This document shows, one piece after another, positions 1-9,306 of a stretch of DNA of 32,000 nucleotides (its first letter is position 1; each line of letters starts with the position of its first letter). The position numbers and the translations under genes were made by a program. Under the pieces are notes generated by a model that searched no databases, was not told where the DNA came from, and saw only the letters and a list, made by a program, of their open reading frames with translations. This DNA comes from Longivirga aurantiaca (lineage in GTDB: Bacteria > Actinomycetota > Actinomycetes > S36-B12 > CAIYMF01), in assembly GCF_042660085.1 (NCBI RefSeq), contig NZ_JBHSTI010000008.1:300001-332000 (forward strand), written 5' to 3'.

Positions 1-643
1 CCAGGTTGGCCAGCGAGCCCGTCCGAAGGACGCCCGAGGGGAACGTCTGGCTCAGCGTCCACTCGCTGGGTATCACCACGGTTGTCAGGCCCGCCGCGAC
101 CGAGGCCTGCGCACCGGTGGCGGAGTCCTCCACCCCGACGGCGGCGCTCGGGCTCACGCCCAGACGGCGAAGTGCGGTGAGGTAGACGTCCGGCGCGGGC
201 TTGGGGGCCGGACCGGCCGGACCTCCCCGCCCGACGACAGCACCGACGGCTGGCAGCAGGCCGAGCGCCTCGACGGCACGGGTGACCACCGAGAGATGAC
301 TGGACGACGCGACCCCGACGGCGATGCCCCGGGCGGCCGCCCGGCGCACGAAGTCGACGGCGCCAGGCATGGGCGTGGGATCCGCGTAGAACCGAGCCAG
401 CCCGTCCTCGCGGCGGCGCAGTAGGTCTGTGACGGCCACGGCCATGCCGTAGTGGGCGACGAGTGCAGCGTAGAGACGGCTCGCGGGGCGGCCGACGTGC
501 AGGGCGAACAGCTCACGGTCGAGGTGCGCCCCCTCGTCGGCAAGAATCCCTCGGGCGACGTCGAACGCAGCAGTCTCGCTGTCGACGAGGAGGCCGTCGA
601 GGTCGAGCACGACTGCGTCCGCCTCCAGCCCGAGCGTCGTCAT
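1..643 (-). CDS. HAD-superfamily hydrolase (beta-phosphoglucomutase/phosphatase-like), 3' end truncated by the window edge
   Basis: Reverse-strand reading from ATG at 643 gives MTTLGLEADAVVLDLDGLLVDSETAAFDVARG..., with HAD motif I DLDGLLVDSE, and ...KPAPDVYL...GVEDSATGAQ motif III/IV. Open to base 1. Overlaps the upstream gene stop (ATGA). Not in the supplied ORF track because it has no stop in the window. Confidence 0.88.
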   Translation of the reverse strand, partial: MTTLGLEADAVVLDLDGLLVDSETAAFDVARGILADEGAHLDRELFALHVGRPASRLYAALVAHYGMAVAVTDLLRRREDGLARFYADPTPMPGAVDFVRRAAARGIAVGVASSSHLSVVTRAVEALGLLPAVGAVVGRGGPAGPAPKPAPDVYLTALRRLGVSPSAAVGVEDSATGAQASVAAGLTTVVIPSEWTLSQTFPSGVLRTGSLANL

Positions 644-1584
644 CAGCCAGCGACGTCGTAGAGCATCGGCTGCTTCGCCAGGCCGCGCATCAGCTCCTCG
701 ACCGCCAGGACCCCGGCGCGCACGATGGCATCGACCGTTGCTGCCCCGCAGTGCGGGGTGAGGACCACGTTGGGCACGCCGCGCAGCAGGCTGTCATCGG
801 GCAGTGGCTCCTGCTCGAAGCTGTCCAGGGCCGCCGCGGCCAGCGGCCCCTGCACGAGTGCCTGCGCGAGGGCGGCCTCGTCCACGATGCCGCCGCGGGC
901 CGAGTTGACGAGCAGGCTGCCAGGTCGCATGGCGGCCAGGAAGGCCGCATCCACGAGGTGGTGGGTCTCGGGGGTGTACGGCGCGTGGATGGAGATGACA
1001 TCCGATCGTGCGAGCAGCTCGTCCAGACCGACCAGCGGGATGTCGCCGGCATCGGCCAGCGGGTCATGGCCGATCACCGTCATGCCGAAGGCGCGAGCGC
1101 GAACAGCCACGTCGCGTCCGATGCGTCCGGTGCCGACGAGCCCGAGGGTGCGCCCGGCGAGCTCGATGCCGCTCGGCCGGGACCAGGAGCCCGCGCGGAT
1201 CGCGCGGTCCATCGTCGTGATCGACCGCGCAGCCGTGAGCATCAGCCCCAGGGTGAGTTCGGCGACGGACGTGGTGGTGGCACCCACGGTGCGCGACACG
1301 CGGATCCCCAGCTCGTCGGCGACCGCGAGATCGACGTTGTCCGTCCCGATGCCGAACCGCACGATCGTCGTGAGGTGCGTCGCCTGCCGGAGCACGGGCT
1401 CGGACGCGTCGTCCACTCCGAGGATCACCCCCGTGCAGCCCACGAGGAGCTCGGACAGCTCGTCCGCGGTAAGGGGGCGCTGCTGGGTGGCGTAGCGGAC
1501 TTCCATGCCGCTCGACGCGAGCAGGTCCCGGTGCGGACCCGGCGTCTCGCGGAAGCCGCGAGGGGTGACGGCGACCGTGGTCAC
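643..1584 (-). CDS. D-2-hydroxyacid dehydrogenase (phosphoglycerate dehydrogenase-like), NAD-binding
   Basis: 313 aa; GRTLGLVGTGRIGRDVAVRARAFGM Rossmann motif, NSARGGIVDEAAL, LTPHCG(A) signature of the 2-hydroxyacid dehydrogenase family. Confidence 0.92.
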   Translation of the reverse strand: MTTVAVTPRGFRETPGPHRDLLASSGMEVRYATQQRPLTADELSELLVGCTGVILGVDDASEPVLRQATHLTTIVRFGIGTDNVDLAVADELGIRVSRTVGATTTSVAELTLGLMLTAARSITTMDRAIRAGSWSRPSGIELAGRTLGLVGTGRIGRDVAVRARAFGMTVIGHDPLADAGDIPLVGLDELLARSDVISIHAPYTPETHHLVDAAFLAAMRPGSLLVNSARGGIVDEAALAQALVQGPLAAAALDSFEQEPLPDDSLLRGVPNVVLTPHCGAATVDAIVRAGVLAVEELMRGLAKQPMLYDVAG

Positions 1585-2147
1585 GAGGCCACGTATCGCG
1601 GATTGGGCCGGACCTCGGGGCCCTCCTCCCCTTCGACGACGATCACCGGGAACCCGCGCTCGGCGATCGTCGCGTAGTCGTACCCGGCATCGCCGATGTA
1701 GACGGCGTAGAAGACAAGGGGCGTGGTCCCGGTGTTCACCGAGCGATGCGCCCAGTGGCCGGGCACGTAGTTGGCGATGCCTGGGCGCATCTCCTTCGTG
1801 ACGGTCCTGCCGTCCTCGAGGGCCATGACGAGCAGCCCCTCTCCCGACAACGTCAGGTAGATCTCGGCGCGATCCCGGATGGCGTGGAAGTGCCCCTTCG
1901 TGAAGAAGTACTCGTCGCCGACCTTGCCCGGCGCCAGGACCGTGGTCGACGAGAGCAGGTTGTTCCCCGTCGGGGGCACGCGGACCTCGTGCACGGTATA
2001 GGCACCGACGCCCGGGTCGTCGATGTCGGCGACGAAGTAGCCGTCCAGGTCGGCGAGCCGGCGGTCCAGCACGTCAGGGTCAGGGACGAGCGCTCCGGTG
2101 GCGAAGTCGATCGTCACTGCGAAGGGTTCGAGGGGGGCAGATGTCAC
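1581..2147 (-). CDS. Cupin-type glucose-6-phosphate isomerase (archaeal/Pyrococcus PGI-like family)
   Basis: 188 aa; VGDEYFFTKGHFHAIRDRAEIYLTLSGEG...MRPGIANYVPGHWAHRSVNTG is the characteristic metal-binding cupin signature of cupin PGIs; 4-nt overlap with the downstream dehydrogenase. Confidence 0.85.
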   Translation of the reverse strand: MTSAPLEPFAVTIDFATGALVPDPDVLDRRLADLDGYFVADIDDPGVGAYTVHEVRVPPTGNNLLSSTTVLAPGKVGDEYFFTKGHFHAIRDRAEIYLTLSGEGLLVMALEDGRTVTKEMRPGIANYVPGHWAHRSVNTGTTPLVFYAVYIGDAGYDYATIAERGFPVIVVEGEEGPEVRPNPRYVAS

Positions 2148-2173
2148 GGCGGTTCTCCGGTCTCGATGGTTGC

Positions 2174-3370
2174 TCAGGCGCGCAGGGCTGTCTGGAACTC
2201 CGTGTCCGCGAGGGCATCGCGCAGCACGCGCATCACGGTCTGGGTCCCGCCTCGCATCGGGTTGATGCGTACGGCGTACTTCTCGAGACCGGGAGTGGCC
2301 TTGAGGAAGGTGCTCGTGAGATAGGTGAAGAGCGGCAGGAACTCGAACTGCGCCTCCTCGCCGACGGACTGGCTCGGGGAGCCGTGGCGCCAGGCGGAGC
2401 GCAGGAAGTGCTCGGCTGCGGGGCGATCGAACAGCAGGACGATGCAGCGGATCCCCGGCTGTGCCGAGTAGGCACCGGCCAGGAACGGCAGGTCACCGGC
2501 CGCGATCCCGGCGTTGATCTCGTCGACTGCCCGCAGGATGGTCTGGTTCTGGATCGCCAGCGCGACCGGCGCGTAGATCAGGGAGCGCAATGCGGCCATG
2601 GCATAGGGCCCTTGGACCTGAGCACCGGCCGAGGCGTTGTCCCGCCGGATCCGGCCGGCGGAGTCAGCGTCCGCGAGCACGGCTCCGATCGCCTGCGGCG
2701 CCAGCAGCTTGAACAGCGACAGCGCGGAGGCGTCCGCGCCCATCTCGACCCCGATGCGGTGCGAGCGCATGACGGCGTAGTTGTCGTCGACGAGGACGCG
2801 CAGGTCATCCCCTCCGACGGAGCGGGCGAGCTCGATCGTCTCCTCGATCCCGTAGGAGTCGCCCAGCTGCTGGGGAACATGCTGGAGGTAGAAGGTGGAG
2901 GGGGAGTGGGCGCGCAACGAACGCTCGAGCTCGGAGGCGTCGTTGAAGTCGACGTACTGCACGTCCAAGCCCATGTGCTGCATCGCGGGCAAGGTGGTCT
3001 TGTAGGGATGCGCCTTGTGCAGCAGTATCCGTGAGCCCGGTTCGACGATCCCGTTGAGCATGGCGCGGATCGACCCCGTCCCCGCCCCGTGCACGAGGAC
3101 CGCCTCATCGGTCCCGAAGAAGCGGGCGAGCACCTCTTCGACGCGCGCGGTCGCCCTCGGTCGACCGCCTCCGCCGAAGCCGACGGTGGCGAGCTCACGG
3201 ACCTGGCCGTAGTCCTCGACGAAGACCTCGTCGGATCCCATGACCTGCGCGGCTGTCTCCACCAGCCGGAACTGGTGCTCGGTGGCGTCCTCGACCGACA
3301 TGTGGTCGCGGACGGCCGTCCGCTCGAACTGGTGAGAGATGTTCTCGACGAAGTCGCGGTCAGAGCTCAC
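2174..3370 (-). CDS. PLP-dependent fold-type I enzyme, resembling Escherichia coli YhfS (SelA/aminotransferase class V-like)
   Basis: GTG start at 3370 gives MSSDRDFVENISHQFERTAVRDHMSVEDA...; ALVHGAGTGSIRA..., VDDNYAVMRSHRIGVEMGADASALSLFKLLAPQAIGAV (PLP Lys region). The longer ORF-track call to 3607 runs through the upstream gene and is rejected. YhfS resemblance is from memory of the family. Confidence 0.75.
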   Translation of the reverse strand: MSSDRDFVENISHQFERTAVRDHMSVEDATEHQFRLVETAAQVMGSDEVFVEDYGQVRELATVGFGGGGRPRATARVEEVLARFFGTDEAVLVHGAGTGSIRAMLNGIVEPGSRILLHKAHPYKTTLPAMQHMGLDVQYVDFNDASELERSLRAHSPSTFYLQHVPQQLGDSYGIEETIELARSVGGDDLRVLVDDNYAVMRSHRIGVEMGADASALSLFKLLAPQAIGAVLADADSAGRIRRDNASAGAQVQGPYAMAALRSLIYAPVALAIQNQTILRAVDEINAGIAAGDLPFLAGAYSAQPGIRCIVLLFDRPAAEHFLRSAWRHGSPSQSVGEEAQFEFLPLFTYLTSTFLKATPGLEKYAVRINPMRGGTQTVMRVLRDALADTEFQTALRA

Positions 3371-4748
3371 TGAGCACCTCGTCGATCGCGCGGCAGGTCG
3401 CCGACACCATTGCTCGTGCGTCAGGCATCGTGGTGACGAGCGCCGGGAACAGGGTGATGACGTCGCCGGTGGCGCGGAGCATGAAGAGGTTCTCCATCGC
3501 TCGGTCCATGACCCGGCGGCCGACGCCGGACTCCCGGGGGAAGGGAGTCCGTGTCGCGGCGTCCTGCACCAGCTCGATGCCGATGAGCAGCCCCTTCCCA
3601 CGCACATCGCCCACCCTCGGGTGATCGGCGTAGATGCGCGCGAACTCCGCGATCATCCACTCGCCGACCCGCTCTGCGTTGCCGACCAGATCCTCCTTCT
3701 CGATGGCATCGAGCACGGCGATGCCCGCTGCACAGGCTGTGGGGTGCGCCGCGTAGGTGTGGCCCGAGACCTTCGCCTGGCCGCTCGCCTGGTCGCCGTA
3801 GATCGTCTCCATGACGCGCGAGGTGGCGAGTGCCGCGCCCAGCGGCACGTAGCCGCCGGTGATGCCCTTGGAGGAGGTGACGATGTCCGGTGTGACCCCG
3901 AAGTGCTCGAAGCCGAACCATCGACCCGTGCGACCGATCCCGATGAACACCTCGTCGTCGATCCACAGGATGTCGTGGCGGTCGCAGATCTCGCGCAGCC
4001 GACGGAGGTAGTTCGCCGGCGGGACCAGGACGAGCGCAGCCGGGATCGCCTCGGCCAGGATCCCGGCGATCCGCTCGGGGCCGATGTCGAGGATGGTGGC
4101 CTCGAGGGCGTCGGCGCAGGCGTCGCCGTACTCCTCCTCGGTCATGTGGTCCGGACGTCGGTAGGGGTAGCAGGCGTCGACCTCGGCGAACCCCGGCGCG
4201 AGGGGCGCGAACCACGTGCGGAACTCGGCGTTGTCGCTCGCGCTGGCTCCGACCAGCGTCGTGCCGTGGTAGCCCGTCTTCCGGTAGAGGAACATGTTCT
4301 TCCCGGGATTACCGCGAGCGCGGTGGAAGCTCTTCGCCAGCTGCGTCGCGCTCTCGACGGCCTCCGAGCCGGACGAGACGAAGAAGCTCGTCTGTAGATC
4401 CGCGTCGGTCAGACCGGCCAGTCGCCTTCCGAGCTCGATCGAGGGCTCGTTGATGAACGTCCGCAGCGAGACCCAGTGCAGTGTCGTCATCTGCGCGTGG
4501 ACCGCGTCCGCGACGTCCACACGGCCGTGACCGAGGGTCGCGGCAGCCGATCCGCCCGACAGGCCGTCGAGGTACTCGTTCCCGTCCATGTCGGTGACGT
4601 ATACGCCGCTCGCGGACACAGCCAGCGGGCCGCGACCCGTGCGCGTCGCGGCGGCTGAGACTCCATGACGCCAGACGTAGCGGATCGAATCCTCGACGAG
4701 GGCTTCTATTTGCTCGTCCGATGCCCTATTTTTGTCGACCACGGACAC
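3360..4748 (-). CDS. Class III pyridoxal-phosphate-dependent aminotransferase
   Basis: 462 aa; YLDGLSGGSAAATLGHG, FVSSGSEAVESATQLA, LWIDDEVFIGIGRTGRWFGFEHFGVTPDIVTSSKGITGGYVPLGA are class III aminotransferase motifs with the catalytic Lys. GTG start preceded by AGGAGG. Confidence 0.93.
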   Translation of the reverse strand: MSVVDKNRASDEQIEALVEDSIRYVWRHGVSAAATRTGRGPLAVSASGVYVTDMDGNEYLDGLSGGSAAATLGHGRVDVADAVHAQMTTLHWVSLRTFINEPSIELGRRLAGLTDADLQTSFFVSSGSEAVESATQLAKSFHRARGNPGKNMFLYRKTGYHGTTLVGASASDNAEFRTWFAPLAPGFAEVDACYPYRRPDHMTEEEYGDACADALEATILDIGPERIAGILAEAIPAALVLVPPANYLRRLREICDRHDILWIDDEVFIGIGRTGRWFGFEHFGVTPDIVTSSKGITGGYVPLGAALATSRVMETIYGDQASGQAKVSGHTYAAHPTACAAGIAVLDAIEKEDLVGNAERVGEWMIAEFARIYADHPRVGDVRGKGLLIGIELVQDAATRTPFPRESGVGRRVMDRAMENLFMLRATGDVITLFPALVTTMPDARAMVSATCRAIDEVLSEL

Positions 4749-4840
4749 TTGCCCTCCTGAAGACGTCGTAACATCATTATCACTCTAGCCCCGCTCGCGA
4801 CCGCTGACAACGCTCTGCCTCACACTCTGGAGCCCGCCGC

Positions 4841-5887
4841 ATGACCGTCATCGCATCCACGCCGGGAGGCTGGATGGCTGCCGAGATGGCCGAGCAGCCG
4901 GAGCGCGTGCGCGCCGCCCTCGCGGGTGTGCGCGAGCAGGGCGGTGTTCTGGCACCCCTGGTGGCGTCTGCGCGTGAGGTGCTCGTGCTGGGCCGGGGGT
5001 CCAGCCGCTCCGCCGGCACCTACGCGGCCGAGGCGCTGCGGACGTTCGCGGGGGTCCCGGCATCGACGACGTCGCCGGCGCACCTCGCATGGTCGCAGCA
5101 GCGGCGCCTCGACGGAACGCTCGTCGTCGCGATCTCGCAGTCGGGCGAGAGCACGGAGATCATCGCTGCCGCACGCCGGGCCCTCGAGCTCGGCGCGAAC
5201 CTCGTCGCCGTCACCAACTCGCCGGCATCGGAGCTGGCGGGGCTGGCTGGCCCGCGGCAGACCATCCACTTCCGAGCCGGGAACGAGATCGCGGTCCCGG
5301 CGACCAAGAGCTTCACGTCGTCGCTGGCGTGCCTTCTGGGCCTCGCGATGGCCCATACCCCGACGGGTCTCGTGGACGCGGAGGCGGAGCTGCCGCAGCT
5401 CATGGCCGAGCTGCTGGCCGATCCCGACGCCACGTTCACCCTCGACGGCACGACCGACATCGCTTGCGCGGGTGAAGGATTCGCCGAGGCGGTAGGGGAG
5501 GAAGGTGCGATCAAGCTGCGTGAGACCCTTCGGATTCCCGTCGCCTCGTTCGAGACCAGCGAGTTCCTCCACGGCAGCATCAACTCTGTCCGGCCCCGCT
5601 CGACCCTGGTGACGGTCGACGCCGACCCCTCTGGCCGGAGCCTCGCGGAGCAGGCGGCCGTAGGAGCGGCGAGCAGAGGCGCCGCGACCGTGAGCATCGG
5701 AGCGTCGGCCACGAGCTCCGCCGGGCGCCACATCCGCATCCCGCAGGTCCCGTCCCACTGGGTTCCCTTCCTGGCGGTCCTGCCGATTCAGCGTGCCGCG
5801 CGCGAGGCCGCGATCGCTCGCGGCGAGGACCCCGACCGGCCGCCGGGTCTCTCCAAGATCACGAGGATCGCCACGGGTCCGGCGTGA
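4841..5887 (+). CDS. SIS-domain sugar isomerase/deglycase (GlmS isomerase-domain/FrlB/AgaS-like, without glutaminase domain)
   Basis: 348 aa; MAAEMAEQPERV, LGRGSSRSAGTYAAEALRTFAG, VVAISQSGESTEI, EFLHGSINSVRP motifs of tandem SIS isomerases. Confidence 0.85.
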   Translation: MTVIASTPGGWMAAEMAEQPERVRAALAGVREQGGVLAPLVASAREVLVLGRGSSRSAGTYAAEALRTFAGVPASTTSPAHLAWSQQRRLDGTLVVAISQSGESTEIIAAARRALELGANLVAVTNSPASELAGLAGPRQTIHFRAGNEIAVPATKSFTSSLACLLGLAMAHTPTGLVDAEAELPQLMAELLADPDATFTLDGTTDIACAGEGFAEAVGEEGAIKLRETLRIPVASFETSEFLHGSINSVRPRSTLVTVDADPSGRSLAEQAAVGAASRGAATVSIGASATSSAGRHIRIPQVPSHWVPFLAVLPIQRAAREAAIARGEDPDRPPGLSKITRIATGPA

Positions 5888-5969
5888 ATCCCGTCCACGC
5901 CGTCTCGAGCGAACTCGTGATGCAGAGGGTGCCGAGCGCCAGGCGCGCCACAACTGGAAGGAAGCGCTG

Positions 5970-7514
5970 ATGACCGAAGCGACACCACTCATCGACATGC
6001 GTGACATCGCCCTGAGCTTCGGCGTGGTCAAGGCGCTCCGAGGGGTCGACTTCGAGCTGCGGCCCGGCGAGGTGCACGCGCTGCTGGGCCAGAACGGCGC
6101 CGGCAAGTCGACCTTGATCAAGGTTCTGTCCGGCGTCTACCAGCGCGACAGCGGTGATGTCCGGATCCACGGCGAGCCGACCCAGTTCAAGTCGGCCCAG
6201 GAATCACGTGAGAGCGGCATCGCCATGGTCTACCAGGACCTCTCGCTGGTCCCGACCATGACGGTCGCTGCCAACCTGTTCCTCGGACGCGAACCGCATG
6301 GTCCGCTGAAGCTGGTGCGCAACGGCGACCTCGTGGCGAAGGCGCAGAAGTACCTCGACGAGCAGGGCTTCCCGGTGAAGGCGAACGCGACCGTCGACAG
6401 CCTGCCCTTCGCCTACCGGCAGCTCACGGAGATCGCCAAAGCGCTCATGGGCGACATCAGGATCCTGGTCCTGGACGAGCCCACCTCGGCCCTGTCCGCT
6501 GGCGAGGAGGAGATCCTCTTCGACGCGGTCAAGGAGGTCACCAAGCGGGGGGTCGGCGTCGTGTACGTCACGCACCGCCTCCACGAGGTCTTCCGCATCA
6601 GCGACCGCGTCACCGTTCTGCGTGACGGACTCAACGCAGGGACCTTCCAGACCGCAGACATCACCATGGAGGCGCTCGTCCAGTCGATCGTGGGGCCGGG
6701 CCACGAGAAGCTGACGCAGTCGACCCTGAGCCTCGAGGAGGGCGAGCGACGCGCGTCCCACGCAGCCGGGTCCAGCAAGAGCGCCACGCCGGTCATCGAG
6801 CTGCGGGATGTTCACAACGAACGGCTCCATGGTGTGAGCCTCGCCGTTCGTCCGGGGGAGATCCTCGGGCTCGCCGGCATGGTCGGCTCCGGACGGACCG
6901 AGATCCTCGAGACCATGTTCGGGCTGCGCCGGGCGGCCGAGGGCGAGGTGCGCTACCAGGGCGAACCGGTGGCGTGGCGAAGCCCCGCGCGCGCCATCGC
7001 CGCCGGCGTCGCGCTCATCCCCGAGGACCGCCATCTGCAGGGGCTCGTCCTCGGCGACACCATCGCCGCCAACGTGGCCCTGCCCCAGCTCCCCGGGCTC
7101 ACGAGGTCCGGCATGTTCGCCAGGCGCGAGGCGGCCCGACGTGCCAGAGCAGCGGTGTCCGACCTCAATGTGAGGACACCGGGCATCTCCACCAAGCTGC
7201 AGAACCTCTCCGGCGGCAACCAGCAGAAGGTCGTGTTCGGCAAGTGGCTCACTCCCGAGCCGAAGCTCCTGCTGCTCGACGAACCGACCGTCGGGGTCGA
7301 CGTCGGCGCGCGCGACGAGATCTACGGCATCATCCGCCGCTTCGCGCGGGCGGGCTGCGCCGTGGTGGTGATCTCCTCCGACCTGGTCGAGCTCGAGATG
7401 CTCTGCGACAACCTGGCTGTCGTCCACGACGGCCGCATCGTCACCACGGTCCATACGTCCGACATCGAAGGTGAAGAAGGCCTCCACCAACTCGTTCAGG
7501 AGTCAGCGCGATGA
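5970..7514 (+). CDS. Sugar ABC transporter ATP-binding protein, RbsA/MglA/XylG-like (two NBDs)
   Basis: ATG at 5970: MTEATPLIDMRDIALSFGVVKALRGVDFELRPGEVHALLGQNGAGKSTLIKVLSGVYQRDSG (Walker A); C-terminal NLSGGNQQKVVFGKWL...LLLLDEPTVGVDVGARDEIY. The longer ORF (5793) is an in-frame extension with no family support. Confidence 0.93.
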   Translation: MTEATPLIDMRDIALSFGVVKALRGVDFELRPGEVHALLGQNGAGKSTLIKVLSGVYQRDSGDVRIHGEPTQFKSAQESRESGIAMVYQDLSLVPTMTVAANLFLGREPHGPLKLVRNGDLVAKAQKYLDEQGFPVKANATVDSLPFAYRQLTEIAKALMGDIRILVLDEPTSALSAGEEEILFDAVKEVTKRGVGVVYVTHRLHEVFRISDRVTVLRDGLNAGTFQTADITMEALVQSIVGPGHEKLTQSTLSLEEGERRASHAAGSSKSATPVIELRDVHNERLHGVSLAVRPGEILGLAGMVGSGRTEILETMFGLRRAAEGEVRYQGEPVAWRSPARAIAAGVALIPEDRHLQGLVLGDTIAANVALPQLPGLTRSGMFARREAARRARAAVSDLNVRTPGISTKLQNLSGGNQQKVVFGKWLTPEPKLLLLDEPTVGVDVGARDEIYGIIRRFARAGCAVVVISSDLVELEMLCDNLAVVHDGRIVTTVHTSDIEGEEGLHQLVQESAR

Positions 7515-8500
7515 GCACATCCACTACCCCGGCGCCCGAGAGCCTGCGCGAGCCCAGGACCAACCCGTTCAAGGCCATGCTCAACAGCGACCGCCCCTAC
7601 CCGCAGGCGCTGGCTCTGGTCGTACTGATCATCTTCTTCTCGGTGATGTCACCGGTGTTCTTCTCGGCCGCCAACTTCGCCAACATCGGCCGGCAGACGA
7701 CGCTTGTCACGGTCATGGCGGTCGGCATGACCTTCGTGATCATCTCCGCGGAGATCGACCTGTCCGTCGCGTCGATCCTGAAGCTGTCGGGTGTCTCTGC
7801 GGCCCTGTTCATGCAGGAGTTCGGCGAGAACTGGATTGCAGGCGCCCTCGTGGGCATTGGGGTGGGCGCGCTGATCGGCTTCACCAACGGGCTGCTGACG
7901 ACGAAGCTGCGCATCCCGAGCTTCCTCGTGACACTGGGAATGTTGGGCGTGGCAAAGGGTCTCGCGTTCGTCATGACCGACACGGCTCCGGTCCTGGTCG
8001 ACAACACCACGTTCTGGAACGTCTTCTGGGAGGGCAGCGTCCTCGGCCTTCCGGTCCCGATCATCTGGACGGTGGTGATCCTGGTCATCGGCGGGGTCCT
8101 GCTGCACCTCACCACGTTCGGCCGGAAGGTGTACGCGACAGGTGGCAACGCGGTTGCCGCGCGCTACTCGGGCATCAGCACCGATCGCGTCAAGATCTAC
8201 TGCTTCATGCTGTCCGGCGTCCTCGCCGGCCTCGCCTCCCTCCTCTTCGCAGCACAGGCGCATGCCGCGCGCCCCGACTTCGCGGACGGACTCGAGCTCG
8301 ATGTGATCGCCGCCGTGATCCTGGGCGGCACCAGCCTCTTCGGCGGTCGCGGCACCATCATCGGAACCTTCATCGGCTCGCTGATCATCGGTGTGCTCAA
8401 CAACGGCCTCGTGATCATCGGCGTCAGCTCGTCGTGGCAGATCGCCGTCAAGGGACTGATCATCATCCTGGCGGTCGCTTTCGCGGCGCGTAAGAAGTGA
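7511..8500 (+). CDS. Sugar ABC transporter permease (RbsC-like, BPD_transp_2 family)
   Basis: 329 aa, multiple hydrophobic segments; VVCRP-equivalent MTFVIISAEIDLSVASILKLSGV and VYATGGNAVAARYSGISTDRVKIY...DVIAAVILGGTSLFGGRGTIIGTFIG typical of RbsC permeases; ATGA overlap with the ATPase gene. Confidence 0.93.
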   Translation: MSTSTTPAPESLREPRTNPFKAMLNSDRPYPQALALVVLIIFFSVMSPVFFSAANFANIGRQTTLVTVMAVGMTFVIISAEIDLSVASILKLSGVSAALFMQEFGENWIAGALVGIGVGALIGFTNGLLTTKLRIPSFLVTLGMLGVAKGLAFVMTDTAPVLVDNTTFWNVFWEGSVLGLPVPIIWTVVILVIGGVLLHLTTFGRKVYATGGNAVAARYSGISTDRVKIYCFMLSGVLAGLASLLFAAQAHAARPDFADGLELDVIAAVILGGTSLFGGRGTIIGTFIGSLIIGVLNNGLVIIGVSSSWQIAVKGLIIILAVAFAARKK

Positions 8501-9306
8501 GCACCGCCACGGCGCCGCTCGCACACGGCCGTCTCCAGGGCAAGGTGGCGATCGTCACCGGTGGGTCGCGGCAGATCGGTCTCGCCATCGCGAGACGGTT
8601 CGCCGCCGAGGGGGCCAAGGTCGTGATCGCGGCGCGCGGCGAGGATGACGGACGCGAGGCCGAACTGTCCATCCGCGGTGCGGGAGGCGAGGCGACGGCG
8701 CTGGTCTGCGACGTCGCCGACGAGTCGAGCGTCGCTGCCACTGTCGACAGGGTGCTCGAGCTGTACGGGCACGTGGACATCATGGTGAACAACGCCGGAA
8801 CCGGTGTCGCCGAGGCGATCACGGACCTCTCGTGGGACGACTACCGGCGGGTGATCGACATCAACGTGGGTGGCGTCCTCCTCGGCACGAAGTACGCCGC
8901 GCGCGCTATGCAGCGCGGCGGTCGCGGGGGAAGCATCATCAACATCTCGTCGATCCAGGGGGTCTTGCCGTTGAGGCAGTCGGCGGTGTACGCCGGCAGC
9001 AAGGGTGCGGTGAACCTGATCACCCAGCAGACCGCAGCGGACCTCGGCGCGTTCGGCATCCGCGTGAACGCCATCGCGCCCGGCTACATCGACAGCCCGA
9101 TGATGCACGGCTACCACGACCTCGTCAGCGAGTCTCCCGGCGAGGCCATCGGCGCGGCGCGGCGCTCCATCGTCCTGGGGCGTCTGGCGACGACCGATGA
9201 CGTCGCCGGTCCGGCACTCTTCTTCGCCTCCGACGACTCCGTGTACGTCACGGGGACGCTCCTGCTCGTCGACGGAGGCTCGCAGTGCCACGGGGCGATT
9301 GCGTGA
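8497..9306 (+). CDS. SDR family NAD(P)-dependent oxidoreductase
   Basis: 269 aa; VTGGSRQIGLAIARRFAAEGA cofactor motif, NNAG, SSIQGVLPLRQSAVYAGSKGAV (Ser-Tyr-Lys catalytic triad). Confidence 0.93.
   Translation: MSTATAPLAHGRLQGKVAIVTGGSRQIGLAIARRFAAEGAKVVIAARGEDDGREAELSIRGAGGEATALVCDVADESSVAATVDRVLELYGHVDIMVNNAGTGVAEAITDLSWDDYRRVIDINVGGVLLGTKYAARAMQRGGRGGSIINISSIQGVLPLRQSAVYAGSKGAVNLITQQTAADLGAFGIRVNAIAPGYIDSPMMHGYHDLVSESPGEAIGAARRSIVLGRLATTDDVAGPALFFASDDSVYVTGTLLLVDGGSQCHGAIA

Noticed and set aside
2174-3607. 477-aa version of the YhfS-like protein starting at 3607
   Set aside because: The first ~79 residues (MCVGRGCSSASSWC...) read out of frame through the upstream aminotransferase gene. 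GTG at 3370 overlapping that gene's stop is the more likely start.
5793-5969. N-terminal extension of the ABC ATPase
   Set aside because: Arg-rich sequence overlaps the SIS gene and the short gap. The family N-terminus starts at MTEATPLIDMRD (5970).
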